Shown here in pieces: positions 18,331-30,334 of a DNA stretch of 37,744 nucleotides; position 1 is the stretch's first letter, and every line of letters starts with the position of its first letter. Location: IMG/VR virus record IMGVR_UViG_2541047956_000006; one strand, written 5' to 3'. The position numbers and the translations under genes are program-made. Source of the stretch: a virus. Lineage: Duplodnaviria; Heunggongvirae; Uroviricota; Caudoviricetes. The notes under the pieces were generated by a model, which was not told the origin of the DNA, made no database searches, and worked only from the letters and a program-made list of their open reading frames with translations.

Positions 18331-18526
18331 ACGGAATCAGACATGAAATCAGCCGCACAGATTTTTTAAAACGCGCCACGGGATTTTTAAACCGGTATTT
18401 AACGGTGTATGAATCCCGTTTTATCTTCATTCCACTTTCTTTCTCCAGTACTCAAATAGCATAACCCCAGATTTTCCCGCACCTCCCGCAAACTGACTGC
18501 TCACAAACCATGATGAGCAGCAGGAC
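18331..18526. promoter_or_regulatory. Central intergenic region between G and I: candidate strong gyrase site and late promoter
   Basis: 196-bp non-coding gap about 100-300 bp left of the prophage midpoint; in Mu the strong gyrase site lies between G and I (established knowledge). Confidence 0.45.
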
Positions 18527-19609
18527 ATGAAAAAACACGCGATTGGCATTGCCGCACTGAATGCGCTGTCCATTGACGATGACGGCTGGTGCCAGCTATT
18601 GCCTGCCGGTCATTTCAGTGCCCGTGATGGTCGTCCGTTTGATGTGACAGGCGGTCAGGGGTGGTTCATCGACGGTGAGATTGCCGGGCGTCTGATTGAA
18701 GGCGTTCGCGCGCTCAACCAGGACGTGCTGATTGATTACGAGCATAACCAGCTACGTAAGGACAAAGGATTACCCCCGGAACAACTCGTCGCGGCTGGCT
18801 GGTTTAACGCCGATGAAATGCAGTGGCGTGAAGGTGAAGGGTTATTTATCCACCCACGCTGGACGGCGGCGGCCCAGCAGCGCATCGATGACGGCGAATT
18901 TGGTTATCTCTCTGCGGTTTTTCCGTATGACACCGCCACCGGTGCGGTGCTGCAAATCCGCCTTGCTGCGCTGACCAATGACCCCGGTGCCACCGGCATG
19001 AAAAAGCTGACCGCACTGGCGGCAGACCTTCCCGACATCCTTCAACAGGAGAACAAACCCATGAATGAAACGCTGCGCAAGCTGCTTGCGCGTCTTGGGG
19101 TGACTGTCCCCGAAAATGCAGACATCACCGATGAACAGGCAACAGCGGCACTGACCGCGCTGGACACGCTGGAAATTAATGCCGGGAAAGTGGCGGCGTT
19201 GTCTGCCGAACTGGAAAAGGCACAGAAAGCCGCCGTTGACCTGACGAAATACGTCCCGGTGGAAAGCTACAACGCCCTGCGTGATGAACTGGCACAGGCG
19301 ACTGCACAAAGCGCCACAGCCAGCCTGAGCGCCGTTCTGGACAAGGCGGAACAGGAAGGCCGCATTTTCAAAAGCGAACGTACCTATCTGGAACAGCTTG
19401 GCGGTCAGATTGGCGTGGCGGCACTGTCGGCACAGCTTGAGAAAAAACAGCCCATCGCTGCGTTATCTGCCATGCAGACCACCACAGCGAAAATCCCGTC
19501 GCAGGAAAAACCGGCGGTGGCGGTGCTGTCTGCGGAAGATCTCGCCGCAGCCCGTCTGCTGGGTAAAACCGAAGCAGAATTTCTGAAACTGAAAGAGGAT
19601 TCAAAATAA
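18527..19609 (+). CDS. I: Head protease / scaffold protein I
   Basis: 360 aa; Ala/Glu-rich coiled-coil C-terminal half typical of a nested scaffold. Confidence 0.88.
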   Translation: MKKHAIGIAALNALSIDDDGWCQLLPAGHFSARDGRPFDVTGGQGWFIDGEIAGRLIEGVRALNQDVLIDYEHNQLRKDKGLPPEQLVAAGWFNADEMQWREGEGLFIHPRWTAAAQQRIDDGEFGYLSAVFPYDTATGAVLQIRLAALTNDPGATGMKKLTALAADLPDILQQENKPMNETLRKLLARLGVTVPENADITDEQATAALTALDTLEINAGKVAALSAELEKAQKAAVDLTKYVPVESYNALRDELAQATAQSATASLSAVLDKAEQEGRIFKSERTYLEQLGGQIGVAALSAQLEKKQPIAALSAMQTTTAKIPSQEKPAVAVLSAEDLAAARLLGKTEAEFLKLKEDSK

Positions 19610-20547
19610 TGCCAACTCCGATTACTCCTGCGATGATCACCTCGCTGATGACCGGCTACCGTGGCGATTTTCAGGCTGGTATGGCAATGGCCCCGTCGCA
19701 GTACCAGAAAATTGCAATGACCGTGCCATCCACGTCGAAATCCAACACGTACGGCTGGCTGGGCCAGTTTCCGCAATTCCGTGAGTGGATTGGTTCGCGT
19801 GTCATCGAGAAGATGAAAGCCTATGGCTATTCCATTGTGAACAAAACCTTTGAAGGCACGGTAGCCATTAGCCGGGATGACTTCGAAGACGACAATCTCG
19901 GTATTTATTCTCCACTGTTCCAGGAGATGGGCCGAGCCGCAGCGGCACAGCCGGACGAACTGGTGTTCGCAGCTCTGCGTGACGGTGTGAAAGTCGCCTG
20001 TTATGACGGACAGAACTTCTTCGATACCGAACATCCTGTTTATCCGAAAGTGGATGGCACCGGAGATGTGAAGAACGTCAGTAATAAATTTGTGGCACAG
20101 ACTGCCGAAAAAAGCGATTACACCGGTCCTGCCTGGTATCTGCTTGACTGTTCCCGCGCTGTGAAACCGCTGATTTATCAGGATCGCCGAAAGGCAGAAC
20201 TGGTTGCCCAGACCAAAGTCGATGAAGGCCGGGCCTTTACGGATAACGAGTTTGTGTTTGGTGCATCAGCCCGCCGCAATGTGGGGTACGGCTTCTGGCA
20301 GATGGCTTACATGATGCAGGCACCGCTGACGCTGGATAATCTCTGGCTCGGCTGGTCGGCCATGCGTGAATTTACGGCTGATGGCGGGCGCAAGCTGGGG
20401 ATTAAGCCCACGCACATTGTGGTGCCCACCTCTCTGGAAAAACAGGCGGTGCAGTTACTGGAACGCGAACTGTTCGCGGATGGCAATACCACCGTCTCCA
20501 ACGAGATGAAGGGTAAGCTGCAACTGGTTGTCGCTGACTACCTGTAA
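19609..20547 (+). CDS. T: Major head (capsid) protein T
   Basis: 312 aa; TAATG overlap with I; followed by a terminator hairpin. Confidence 0.9.
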   Translation: MPTPITPAMITSLMTGYRGDFQAGMAMAPSQYQKIAMTVPSTSKSNTYGWLGQFPQFREWIGSRVIEKMKAYGYSIVNKTFEGTVAISRDDFEDDNLGIYSPLFQEMGRAAAAQPDELVFAALRDGVKVACYDGQNFFDTEHPVYPKVDGTGDVKNVSNKFVAQTAEKSDYTGPAWYLLDCSRAVKPLIYQDRRKAELVAQTKVDEGRAFTDNEFVFGASARRNVGYGFWQMAYMMQAPLTLDNLWLGWSAMREFTADGGRKLGIKPTHIVVPTSLEKQAVQLLERELFADGNTTVSNEMKGKLQLVVADYL

Positions 20548-20555
20548 CCGTCGTT

Positions 20556-20579
20556 AAAAGGCGGTTCAGGCCGCCTTTT
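20556..20579 (+). terminator. Hairpin after major head gene
   Basis: 9-bp stem AAAAGGCGG / CCGCCTTTT with 6-nt loop. Confidence 0.65.
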
Positions 20580-20613
20580 AACCTGATTTAAAGGAAAAGG
20601 AGGAGCATGTGTT

Positions 20614-21024
20614 ATGTCAGGCACTTCGCTTAATTCACAACGGCTGGACACTTCTCGCATCACTTGCACGGCGATTATTAAATGCCTTCGTCCGGTCTAC
20701 CGCCGCGCCGGAATCGCCTTTACGCGTGGCGAAAACACCGTGGAAGTCACCGAAGAACAACTGGCGATCATTCGTGCCGACAGCGTGCTGTCTGTGGTAT
20801 CTGCATCGTCAGCAGAAACGCTCGCTGAGGCTGGGGGGCTGGACGTTCTGGGTGTGGGCGATCTGAATACCCGTATCCGTGCGACCGTTGCCGGTCTGGA
20901 TAAGGCAAACCCGGAGCACTTTACCGCAGGGGGAGAACCCAAAGTGAAAGCCGTCAGTGCGGCGCTGGGAGAACCGGTGAGCAGTGCGCAAATCAAAGCG
21001 GCGCTGGCTGAGGCGGATGCATGA
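20614..21024 (+). CDS. Hypothetical head-region protein
   Basis: 136 aa; strong RBS AAGGAGGAG upstream of ATG 20614. Confidence 0.6.
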   Translation: MSGTSLNSQRLDTSRITCTAIIKCLRPVYRRAGIAFTRGENTVEVTEEQLAIIRADSVLSVVSASSAETLAEAGGLDVLGVGDLNTRIRATVAGLDKANPEHFTAGGEPKVKAVSAALGEPVSSAQIKAALAEADA

Positions 21025-21446
21025 ATTACGCGACGGTAAATGACCTGTGCGCCCGCTATACACGTACGCGGCTGGATATTCTCACCCGCCCTAAAACAGC
21101 GGACGGTCAGCCGGATGATGCCGTGGCAGAACAGGCACTGGCAGATGCTTCGGCCTTTATTGATGGCTATCTCGCCGCGCGCTTTGTTCTGCCGCTTACC
21201 GTCGTCCCCTCACTGCTGAAACGGCAGTGTTGCGTGGTGGCCTGGTTTTATCTGAATGAATCACAACCCACAGAGCAGATCACCGCAACTTACAGGGACA
21301 CGGTGCGCTGGCTGGAACAGGTGCGCGATGGCAAAACAGATCCCGGTGTGGAAAGCAGGACGGCAGCCTCGCCGGATGGCGAAAACCTTGTGCAGGTGCA
21401 GTCTGACACGCCGGTCTTCTCACGAAAACAGAAGGGGTTTATCTGA
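21021..21446 (+). CDS. J: Head completion protein J
   Basis: 141 aa; position and size match Mu J. Confidence 0.78.
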   Translation: MNYATVNDLCARYTRTRLDILTRPKTADGQPDDAVAEQALADASAFIDGYLAARFVLPLTVVPSLLKRQCCVVAWFYLNESQPTEQITATYRDTVRWLEQVRDGKTDPGVESRTAASPDGENLVQVQSDTPVFSRKQKGFI

Positions 21447-21994
21447 TGCTGGAAGAAACCGAAGCCGCACTGCTGGCGCGCGTTCGTGAGTTGTTTGGGG
21501 CAACCTTGCGGCAGGTGGAACCCCTTACCGGCACATGGACTAACGAGGATGTACACCGTCTCTTTCTGGCCCCTCCATCGGTATTTCTGGCATGGATGGG
21601 CTGTGGTGAGGGGCGTACGCGTCGGGAAGTTGAAAGTCGCTGGGCATTTTTTGTCGTGGCGGAGTTGCTGAACGGGGAACCGGTAAACCGGCCCGGTATT
21701 TATCAGATTGTGGAGCGACTGATTGCCGGTGTTAACGGTCAGACGTTTGGCCCGACCACCGGGATGAGACTGACGCAGGTCAGAAATCTTTGTGACGACA
21801 ACCGTATCAATGCCGGTGTGGTGCTTTACGGCGTTCTGTTCAGTGGCACTACCCCGCTGCCGTCCGTGGTGGACATGGATTCGCTGGATGATTACGAGCG
21901 TCACTGGCAGACCTGGAAATTCCCGGACGAAACCCCGGAATTTGCCGCACATATCAATGTGAATCAGGAAAAGGATCATGATGCTGAAAATTAA
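21446..21994 (+). CDS. K: Neck / tail completion protein K
   Basis: 182 aa; Mu late gene order. Confidence 0.78.
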   Translation: MLEETEAALLARVRELFGATLRQVEPLTGTWTNEDVHRLFLAPPSVFLAWMGCGEGRTRREVESRWAFFVVAELLNGEPVNRPGIYQIVERLIAGVNGQTFGPTTGMRLTQVRNLCDDNRINAGVVLYGVLFSGTTPLPSVVDMDSLDDYERHWQTWKFPDETPEFAAHINVNQEKDHDAEN

Positions 21995-22184
21995 ACCCGC
22001 AGCGGGAAAAGCCATCCGTGACCCGCTCACGATGAAATTACTGGCTCCGGAGGGAGAAGAAAAGCCCCGTAACAGTTTCTGGATACGTCGCCTTGCAGCC
22101 GGTGATGTGGTTGAAGTCGGGAACACCGAAAACACGGCGGATGATACCGACGCTGCGCCGAAAAAACGGAGTAAATCGAAATGA
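21978..22184 (+). CDS. Hypothetical small late protein
   Basis: 68 aa; basic C-terminus (PKKRSKSK); overlaps K end. Confidence 0.55.
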
Positions 22185-23668
22185 GCGATATTTCATTTAA
22201 CGCGATCCCGTCAGATGTTCGCGTTCCTCTGACGTATATCGAATTTGATAACAGTAATGCCGTCAGCGGAACACCGGCACCCCGTCAGCGCGTGCTGATG
22301 TTCGGGCAAAGCGGAAGTAAAGCCAGTGCGGCACCAAACGTGCCTGTCCGTATCCGTTCCGGCTCACAGGCCAGTGCGGCGTTTGGTCAGGGTTCCATGC
22401 TGGCACTGATGGCAGATGCATTCCTGAACGCTAACCGCGTGGCGGAGCTGTGGTGTATTCCGCAGGGGAACGGCACCGGTAATGCTGCTGTCGGTGAAAT
22501 CTCACTGTCAGGAACGGCAGGCGAAAACGGCTCGCTTGTGACTTACATTGCCGGTCAGCGACTGGCGGTATCTGTCGCAGCAGGTGCAACGGGAGCGGCG
22601 CTGGCTGACCTGCTGGTTGCCCGAATCAAAGGCCAGCCGGATTTACCGGTGACGGCAGAAGTTCGCGCAGACAGCGGGGATGATGACACCCATGCAGATG
22701 TGGTTCTGAGTGCAAAATTTACGGGTGCATTATCTGCCGTGGACGTGCGCTGGAACTATTACGCGGGTGAAACCACCCCTTACGGGATTATCACGGCATT
22801 CAAAGCCGCCTCCGGGAAAAATGGCAACCCGGATATCAGCGCAAGTATCGCGGGAATGGGCGATCTGCAATACAAATATATTGTGATGCCCTATACCGAT
22901 GAACCGAACCTGAATCTGTTACGCACTGAATTGCAGGAACGCTGGGGACCGGTCAATCAGGCTGATGGCTTTGCCGTGACAGTGCTGTCCGGCACGTATG
23001 GGGATATTTCTACGTTTGGTGTCAGTCGTAATGACCATCTGATCTCCTGTATGGGGATTGCCGGTGCACCGGAACCGTCATACCTGTACGCCGCCACACT
23101 GTGTGCTGTTGCCAGCCAGGCGCTTTCCATCGACCCGGCGCGTCCTCTCCAGACGCTGACGTTGCCCGGAAGAATGCCGCCTGCGGTGGGGGATCGTTTC
23201 ACCTGGTCAGAACGTAATGCGCTGCTGTTTGACGGCATCTCCACGTTTAACGTGAATGATGGTGGTGAAATGCAGATTGAACGCATGATCACGATGTACC
23301 GCACAAACAAGTACGGTGACAGCGATCCGTCTTATCTGAACGTGAATACCATCGCCACGCTGAGTTATCTGCGTTATTCGCTGCGAACCCGCATCACGCA
23401 GAAATTCCCGAACTACAAGCTGGCAAGTGATGGCACCCGCTTTGCCACCGGTCAGGCCGTGGTAACGCCATCCGTGATCAAAACGGAACTGCTGGCACTG
23501 TTTGAAGAATGGGAAAACGCCGGGCTGGTCGAGGATTTCGACACGTTCAAAGAGGAGCTGTATGTGGCACGTAACAAGGACGACAAAGACCGTCTTGATG
23601 TGCTGTGCGGCCCGAATCTGATTAACCAGTTCCGCATTTTCGCGGCACAAGTTCAGTTCATTCTGTAA
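22181..23668 (+). CDS. L: Tail sheath protein L
   Basis: 495 aa, followed directly by a 118-aa tube-sized gene. Confidence 0.9.
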
Positions 23669-23677
23669 GGAGCATTT

Positions 23678-24034
23678 ATGGCTGGAAATCAGCGTCAGGG
23701 GGTGGCGTTCATCCGTGTCAATGGCATGGAGCTTGAAACGATGGAAGGGGCCTCCTTCACGCCTTCCGGCATCACCCGTGAAGAAGTGACCGGCTCGCGG
23801 GTTTATGGCTGGAAAGGTAAACCACGTGCCGCAAAGCTGGAATGCAAAATTCCGGGCGGTGGTGATATCGGTCTGGATGAAATCATCGGCTGGGAAAACA
23901 TCACGGCAGAGTTTCAGGCAGACACCGGTGAAACCTGGATGATGGCGAATGCCTGGCAGGCAGATGAACCGAAAAACGACGGCGGCGAAATTTCGCTGGT
24001 ACTGATGGCAAAACAAAGCAAACGCATTGCATAA
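23678..24034 (+). CDS. M: Tail tube protein M
   Basis: 118 aa; sheath-tube pair. Confidence 0.87.
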   Translation: MAGNQRQGVAFIRVNGMELETMEGASFTPSGITREEVTGSRVYGWKGKPRAAKLECKIPGGGDIGLDEIIGWENITAEFQADTGETWMMANAWQADEPKNDGGEISLVLMAKQSKRIA

Positions 24035-24043
24035 GGGGAAACA

Positions 24044-24478
24044 ATGGACGAAATGAATTTAAGTCCTGAAGCACAGGAACTGCATGACAGCATTGTGGCT
24101 GAGCTTCAGTCCGGTGGTCTGAAACTGAAAGACGGCCTGCCGTTCGGCACCGGTGACGAGACTGAAATGCAGTATGACGTGACACTGCGTGAACTGACCG
24201 CAGGCGATCTGATTGATGCCCAGGCGGCTGCTGAAAAGCTGGTAATGAGCAAGGAAGGCCCGGTGCTGGTCAGTTCCCCGTCCCGGATGGGACTGGAAAT
24301 GCTGCGCCGACAGATTGCCAGCGTGGGCTGCATCAAAGGCCCGTTATCGCTGGCGCTGATGCGCAAGCTGTCTGTTGATGACTTCCAGCGTCTGTCGCTG
24401 GCTACAGAGATGCACGACATGGCTGTGGCGGCATCGCTGACGCAAGAACGGGGGCGAGTGGCTGCGGTGCCGGAATGA
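24044..24478 (+). CDS. Y: Tail assembly chaperone-like protein Y
   Basis: 144 aa between tube and tape measure genes. Confidence 0.7.
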   Translation: MDEMNLSPEAQELHDSIVAELQSGGLKLKDGLPFGTGDETEMQYDVTLRELTAGDLIDAQAAAEKLVMSKEGPVLVSSPSRMGLEMLRRQIASVGCIKGPLSLALMRKLSVDDFQRLSLATEMHDMAVAASLTQERGRVAAVPE

Positions 24479-24622
24479 TATTGAGAAAGCGGCGACAGCG
24501 ATTGGCGTTATTCTGAAAAGTGGCCCGGAATGGGCCTTGTCTCTCCCGCTGTCCCGCTTTTTCCGGCACTGCCAGCAGGCGAAAACCCTCTCTCAATATC
24601 ACCGTTAAATCAGGAAATCTCT

Positions 24623-26695
24623 ATGACCGGGAAACGCTTAAAGGCGTCTGTCATTATTGATCTTAATGGCAATCTTTCCCGGCGTTCCCGCCAGTATTCG
24701 AACCAGATAAACGCCCTGTCCCGTAGCGGGCAAAGTTCCCTTCGTGCCCTGCGTATGGAGGTTGTGCGCGTTTCTGGTGCCATTGACAGAATGGGTTCTC
24801 TGTCAACCCGTACATTCCGAATGCTGTCAGCCGGGGCGCTGGGTATCGCTGGCGTGGGTTACACCGCCAATAAACTGTTTATTGGTGCAGCCGCCCAGCG
24901 TGAGCAACAGATTATCGCCATGAACTCGCTGTATCACGGCGATAAGGTCAGAGCGCAGGCCATGATGGCCTGGGCAAAGCAGAACGCGAAGGACACCACG
25001 TGGGGGCTGAGTGGTGTTCTGGATGAGATCCGTTCGTCAAAAGGCTTCGGCATGACGGATGAACAGACGAAACAGTTCATCACCATGTTGCAGGATCAGG
25101 GGGCCATGCACGGCTGGGATTTACCCACTGCACAGGGTGCCTCACTGCAACTGAAACAGATGTTTGCCCGCCAGCAAATCACAGCGGCGGATGCCAACCT
25201 GCTGACCGGTTACGGTATTAACGTTTACCAGACGCTGGCGGATGCACTGGGTAAAGACGTTAAGGATATCCGCAAACAAGGTGAAAAAGGCAAGCTGGGC
25301 CTGAAATCCATTCTGACGGTATTCAGAACGCTGTCAGAACAGTCAAAAGGTGCACAGGCCAGTGCGATGAACTCCTGGGACGGGATGTTCGCCCAGATGG
25401 AAGCTAACCTGCTTGAATTTCGCATAAAGGTGGCAAACAGCGGCCCCTTTGAAGAAATCAAGAACGAGATGCGCTGGGTGCTTAACTGGCACGACATGGC
25501 GGATAAATCCGGGGAACTTGATGCACTGGCAGAAAACATTGGTCAGAAATTTCTGACCACGTTCAGAACGGTAAAAATCGCGGCACAGGAATTATGGCGC
25601 TGGCTGAAACCGGGTAAAGATGCGCTGGCATGGGTTGACCAGAATATTGTCAGCCTGAAAAAACTGGCTGCTGTTCTGGTGTCTGTCTGGCTTGCCAATA
25701 AAGCCCTGAGAGCAGGCTGGGCCGTGGCAAAACCCTCATGGCAGGTTGCCAGTTATCCGTTTAAAACCGGGCGTCGTATGTGGCGCTGGATGCGAAACCG
25801 CAAACGTGGGCAGGCAGGGCTGCCGGTCCCGGATGCCATGACGTCTGAGACGCTGTTGCAGGGTATCGGCATTCAGCGTGTGTTTGTCATCAACTGGCCC
25901 CGTGGATTTGGTGGCTACGGGAGTGGCGGCGGTCGTCGCGTACGGAGCGGCGGAAGAATGGCCCCGCTGTTACCCCGCCAGCCGTTATTGCTGTCCGGGC
26001 CACAGCCGCTGGCATTACCTGCACCACGCCCTGTACTGGCATTACCCCCACCCGGCGTACCGGTAACGGCACGGCCTGCACCATTACCTTTACCCGGTAA
26101 ATCCGGTCTTCTGAGCAGGCTTGCAGGCAGTGCTGCCGGGCAACTGGTTACGGGAACGGTCGGAAAGCTGGCTGATGCCGGGCGTGCCGCTGGCGGGTGG
26201 TTTTCCGGTATCGGAAACAAACTTGCAGGCAGTGCGATCGGTCGGGTTGTGACAAAAGGTGCCGGGGCGCTGGGCTGGATGGGGAAAGGTGCCGGTCGTG
26301 CGTTGTCACGTCTGGGTGGCCCGGTAATGGGGGCACTCCAGCTTGCCCCCGTCCTGATGGATGAGCAGGCGTCAACCCATGAAAAAGCAGGCGCAATTGG
26401 CAGTACAGCCGGTGCATGGCTCGGCGGTGCCGTTGGCAGCCTTGCCGGACCGCTGGGTACGGTTGCCGGTGCCACGCTGGGCAGTGTCGCCGGGGAGTAT
26501 CTGGGCGGTTTTGTAACCGACCTGTATCAGAAATGGACGGCCACGGATAAGGAACCGCAGGAACAAAAAGTCAATGCGGAAGCCTCGCTGCGCGTCGAAC
26601 TTGGCGAGGGGTTACGTCTGACCAGTTCCCGCGTCACCGAGGACGGTATGGGGCTGAATATTTACGCGGGCGATAACTACATTACGGGCTGGTAA
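24623..26695 (+). CDS. N: Tail tape measure protein N
   Basis: 690 aa from ATG 24623 (RBS AGGAA; track start 24530 also possible); Gly/Ala/Pro-rich low-complexity segment. Confidence 0.88.
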   Translation: MTGKRLKASVIIDLNGNLSRRSRQYSNQINALSRSGQSSLRALRMEVVRVSGAIDRMGSLSTRTFRMLSAGALGIAGVGYTANKLFIGAAAQREQQIIAMNSLYHGDKVRAQAMMAWAKQNAKDTTWGLSGVLDEIRSSKGFGMTDEQTKQFITMLQDQGAMHGWDLPTAQGASLQLKQMFARQQITAADANLLTGYGINVYQTLADALGKDVKDIRKQGEKGKLGLKSILTVFRTLSEQSKGAQASAMNSWDGMFAQMEANLLEFRIKVANSGPFEEIKNEMRWVLNWHDMADKSGELDALAENIGQKFLTTFRTVKIAAQELWRWLKPGKDALAWVDQNIVSLKKLAAVLVSVWLANKALRAGWAVAKPSWQVASYPFKTGRRMWRWMRNRKRGQAGLPVPDAMTSETLLQGIGIQRVFVINWPRGFGGYGSGGGRRVRSGGRMAPLLPRQPLLLSGPQPLALPAPRPVLALPPPGVPVTARPAPLPLPGKSGLLSRLAGSAAGQLVTGTVGKLADAGRAAGGWFSGIGNKLAGSAIGRVVTKGAGALGWMGKGAGRALSRLGGPVMGALQLAPVLMDEQASTHEKAGAIGSTAGAWLGGAVGSLAGPLGTVAGATLGSVAGEYLGGFVTDLYQKWTATDKEPQEQKVNAEASLRVELGEGLRLTSSRVTEDGMGLNIYAGDNYITGW

Positions 26696-26699
26696 AACC

Positions 26700-28187
26700 A
26701 TGTTTGAAGATGCTTTAAATGCCGTTAATGCTGTCCGGGATAAAACCGGTGGAGGCAGGAAAACAACCGGCAAAGGCACGTTCCGTAACGTGCCGTTTCT
26801 CGTCATCGAGGAGCAAAAACAGGCTGGCGGACGTCGCCTGGTTAAACGCGAGTACCCGTTACGTGATACCGGCGGCGTCAATGACCTGGGGAAAAAGCTT
26901 CGCTCCCGTACATTCAGCGCCTGCATTCTGAACAGCAACGCAGAAACAGCCAGAGATGAAGCGGGTGCGCTGATGGATGCTCTTGATGCTCCGGGTAGCG
27001 GTGAGCTGGTACATCCTGATTTCGGCACTGTGGACGTCATGGTGGATTCATGGGAATGCCGCACTAAAGCGGATGAACTGAATTATTACGCGTTCACCGT
27101 TACCGTTTATCCGTCGTTGCAGGATACAGCCCCGGACGCAGAGACAGACACCAGTGCAGCCGTACCGGCACAGGCCGTTGCTGTAACCGGTTCTCTGGGA
27201 GATACGCTGTCCTCTGTCTGGCAGACTGTAAAAGATGGCACTGCGGCGGCAACCGCCGTGATGGAAGCTGTAACCGGTGTCATCGATGATATCAGTGATG
27301 CGGTGGACAATCTGGGGGTTACGCAGACTGTCAGCGGTCTGATGGGATCGCTTTCTGCGATGAAAGGCTCTGTGACCAGCCTGATTAACCAGCCTGCCAT
27401 GCTGGCCTCCTCGCTGATGGGGGCGCTGTCCGGCGTTTCATCGTTATGCGATACCCGGACAGCATTTTCCACATGGAACCGTCTGGCGCAGCGATTCGAA
27501 CGTCGCCATGCCGCCACCGCAGGCAAACAGGGGACAATCACAACCTCGTACAACAGTCCGGTTGCAGAAAAAAATATTGCCACACTGAACTACGTCATGC
27601 TGGCAGCGGCGCAGACATACCGGGCAGAAGCTGCCAGCCAGGCACTGACTGCGGCACTGGATTTCAGTCGCCGGATGGATAATGCCGCCCGTGCACCTGT
27701 ACTGGATGCCCCGTCCACCACAACCGGCACAGCCAGCGGGGCCAGCAGCACATCTGCTACCGTCACACAGGGACAGTTACAGTTAACTGCCATAACCCCG
27801 GACGGCGGCTTTTCACAGGTATCCTTTTCAGACAGTGGTACAGCCACGCCCCCGGTATTTGAAAGTGTGTCCGATATCGGAAAAACAGCCGCCATGCTGG
27901 GGGCTGCACTGGATACCGTCATTCTGACGGCATCTGAGCAGGGCTTTTCGACAGACAGTGTTCAGCTTACGCAACTGCGTCTGCTGGTTGTTGCCGACCT
28001 GGAAAAACGCGGGCTGCAACTGGCGGGCAGTGAAACGCACCGCCTGCCGGAGACGATGCCTGCAATGGTGGCCCTGTACCGTTACACAGGAAACAGCCGG
28101 AACTGGCAACGGCTGGCCCGCAGGAACGGTATCAGCAACCCGTTGTTTGTTCCCGGTGGTGTCAGTATTGAGGTGATTAATGAGTAA
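26700..28187 (+). CDS. P: Tail/DNA circularisation protein P
   Basis: 495 aa after tape measure; Mu gene order. Confidence 0.85.
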   Translation: MFEDALNAVNAVRDKTGGGRKTTGKGTFRNVPFLVIEEQKQAGGRRLVKREYPLRDTGGVNDLGKKLRSRTFSACILNSNAETARDEAGALMDALDAPGSGELVHPDFGTVDVMVDSWECRTKADELNYYAFTVTVYPSLQDTAPDAETDTSAAVPAQAVAVTGSLGDTLSSVWQTVKDGTAAATAVMEAVTGVIDDISDAVDNLGVTQTVSGLMGSLSAMKGSVTSLINQPAMLASSLMGALSGVSSLCDTRTAFSTWNRLAQRFERRHAATAGKQGTITTSYNSPVAEKNIATLNYVMLAAAQTYRAEAASQALTAALDFSRRMDNAARAPVLDAPSTTTGTASGASSTSATVTQGQLQLTAITPDGGFSQVSFSDSGTATPPVFESVSDIGKTAAMLGAALDTVILTASEQGFSTDSVQLTQLRLLVVADLEKRGLQLAGSETHRLPETMPAMVALYRYTGNSRNWQRLARRNGISNPLFVPGGVSIEVINE

Positions 28188-29319
28188 TACCGTCACGCTG
28201 CGAACGGATGGCAGGCTTTTTACCGGCTGGACGTCAGTCTCTGTCACCCGCTCCATTGAATCCGTAGCCGGATATTTTGAGCTGGGGGTGAACGTGCCAC
28301 CGGGCACGGATTTATCCGGGCTGGCACCGGGGAAGGCGTTCACGCTGGAAATCGACGGGCAGATTGTCTGCACCGGTTATATCGATTCGCGGCGACGCCA
28401 GATGACCGCTGACAGCATGAAAATCACTATCGCCGGACGTGACAAAACGGCTGACCTGATTGACTGTGCTGCCGTTTACAGTGGCGGACAGTGGAAAAAC
28501 CGCACACTGGAGCAGATTGCGCGTGACCTGTGCGCTCCTTATGGCGTTACCGTTCGCTGGGAGCTTTCCGATAAGGAAAGTTCGGCAGCTTTTCCCGGCT
28601 TCACGCTGGACCATTCAGAAACCGTTTATGAGGCGCTGGTGCGTGCCTCCCGCGCACGCGGTGTACTGATGACCAGCAATGCCGCAGGAGAGCTGGTATT
28701 CAGCCGGGCTGCCAGCACAGCAACTGATGAGCTGGTTCTCGGAGAAAATCTGCTGACACTGGATTTTGAGGAAGACTTCCGCGACCGGTTCAGCGAATAC
28801 ACCGTCAAGGGGTATGCCCGCGCAAACGGTGCTGAGGGTGATGATATTGATGCGAAAAGTATCGTCTCCCGGAAAGGGACCGCCACTGACAGTGATGTGA
28901 CCCGTTACAGACCGATGATCATCATTGCCGACAGCAAAATTACGGCGAAGGATGCACAGGCCCGCGCCCTGCGTGAGCAACGCCGCAGACTGGCAAAATC
29001 CATCACCTTTGAGGCAGAAATTGACGGATGGACACGCAAGGACGGGCAACTCTGGTTGCCGAACCTGCTGGTCACTATTGATGCCTCGAAATATGCCATC
29101 AAAACCACAGAATTACTGGTCAGCAAAGTCACCCTGATACTGAATGACCAGGACGGGCTGAAAACCCGCGTCAGCCTTGCACCACGCGAAGGCTTTCTGG
29201 TGCCGGTTGAAAGCGACCGTAAAAACAGGAAAAGCGGCGACAGTAACGGCGGTATTGATGCGCTGGTTGAAGATTATTATCGCAGACACCCGGAGAAAAC
29301 GCCGCCGTGGAAAGAGTAA
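28180..29319 (+). CDS. Q: Baseplate hub protein Q
   Basis: 379 aa; Mu gene order. Confidence 0.85.
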   Translation: MSNTVTLRTDGRLFTGWTSVSVTRSIESVAGYFELGVNVPPGTDLSGLAPGKAFTLEIDGQIVCTGYIDSRRRQMTADSMKITIAGRDKTADLIDCAAVYSGGQWKNRTLEQIARDLCAPYGVTVRWELSDKESSAAFPGFTLDHSETVYEALVRASRARGVLMTSNAAGELVFSRAASTATDELVLGENLLTLDFEEDFRDRFSEYTVKGYARANGAEGDDIDAKSIVSRKGTATDSDVTRYRPMIIIADSKITAKDAQARALREQRRRLAKSITFEAEIDGWTRKDGQLWLPNLLVTIDASKYAIKTTELLVSKVTLILNDQDGLKTRVSLAPREGFLVPVESDRKNRKSGDSNGGIDALVEDYYRRHPEKTPPWKE

Positions 29320-29900
29320 ATGATTTCGCCATGAACCGCCTGCTGACACCGCTGATGCGTCGTGTGCGCCTGATGCTTGCGCGCGCTGTTGTTAACGTGA
29401 TTAACGACGGGCGAAAGGTTCAGAACCTGCAGGTCGGTCTGCTGGATGATGAGGAATCCGATGAAGTGGAGCGCCTGCAAAATTACGGACATTTCAGCGT
29501 TCCCCTGCCGGGCGCAGAGGCGCTGATTGCCTGTGTGGGTGCACAACGTGATCAGGGGATCGCCGTTGTGGTGGAAGACCGCCGCTACCGCCCGACAAAT
29601 CTTGAACCGGGTGATGCAGGCATTTACCACCATGAGGGGCATCGTATCCGGCTGACAAAGGACGGACGCTGCATCATTACCTGTAAAACGGTTGAGGTTT
29701 ACGCTGATGAAAGTATGACCGTTGACACACCCAGAACCACGTTTACCGGCGACGTTGAGATCCAGAAAGGTCTGGGCGTTAAAGGTAAAAGCCAGTTCGA
29801 CAGCAATATTACTGCCCCGGATGCCATCATCAATGGCAAATCGACGGATAAGCATATCCACCGTGGCGACAGCGGCGGAACCACGGGGCCAATGCAATGA
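29307..29900 (+). CDS. V: Baseplate spike protein V
   Basis: 197 aa; Mu gene order. Confidence 0.82.
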   Translation: MERVNDFAMNRLLTPLMRRVRLMLARAVVNVINDGRKVQNLQVGLLDDEESDEVERLQNYGHFSVPLPGAEALIACVGAQRDQGIAVVVEDRRYRPTNLEPGDAGIYHHEGHRIRLTKDGRCIITCKTVEVYADESMTVDTPRTTFTGDVEIQKGLGVKGKSQFDSNITAPDAIINGKSTDKHIHRGDSGGTTGPMQ

Positions 29901-30334
29901 CCGATTTAGCCATTATCTGGACGAACGGACGCGGCGATATTGCACAGGATGGCATTGACATGCTGACCGACGACAGCCTGACAACCGATGTGACAATCTC
30001 CCTGTTTACAGACCGGCGCGCGCTGGATTCTGACACGCTGCCGGATGGTTCAGATGATCGCCGTGGATGGTGGGGTGACAGTTACCGCGACCGCCCCATC
30101 GGTTCGCGGTTGTGGCTGTTATCACGTGAAAAAGCCACACCGGATACGCTGGAACGCGCCAGAGGGTATGCCGAAGAGGCGCTGGAATGGCTGAAAACAG
30201 CGGGCCGGGTAAGTGCGATTAACGTCAGAGCGGAACAGTTACATCAGGGCTGGTTATACCTCTACATTGCACTGACATTACCGGATGGTTCCGTTATTCC
30301 TTATGAGTTTAAAGCAGCATTTAACGGGGTTTAA
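29897..30334 (+). CDS. W: Baseplate protein W
   Basis: 145 aa; Mu gene order. Confidence 0.82.
   Translation: MTDLAIIWTNGRGDIAQDGIDMLTDDSLTTDVTISLFTDRRALDSDTLPDGSDDRRGWWGDSYRDRPIGSRLWLLSREKATPDTLERARGYAEEALEWLKTAGRVSAINVRAEQLHQGWLYLYIALTLPDGSVIPYEFKAAFNGV

Noticed and set aside
21290-24016. Long minus-strand ORFs (21290..22135, 23207..24016) antisense to K, sheath and tube genes
   Set aside because: Overlap highly confident structural genes; no independent support.
24380-24623. Possible programmed frameshift between the chaperone-like gene and the tape measure gene
   Set aside because: The -1 frame adds at most ~40 residues and ends at 24514; the +1 frame stops almost immediately; no slippery heptamer seen. 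No support for a G/GT-type frameshift product.
25915-26475. 186-aa Pro/Ala-rich minus-strand ORF inside the tape measure gene
   Set aside because: Reverse-complement artefact of the Gly/Ala-rich tape measure segment.
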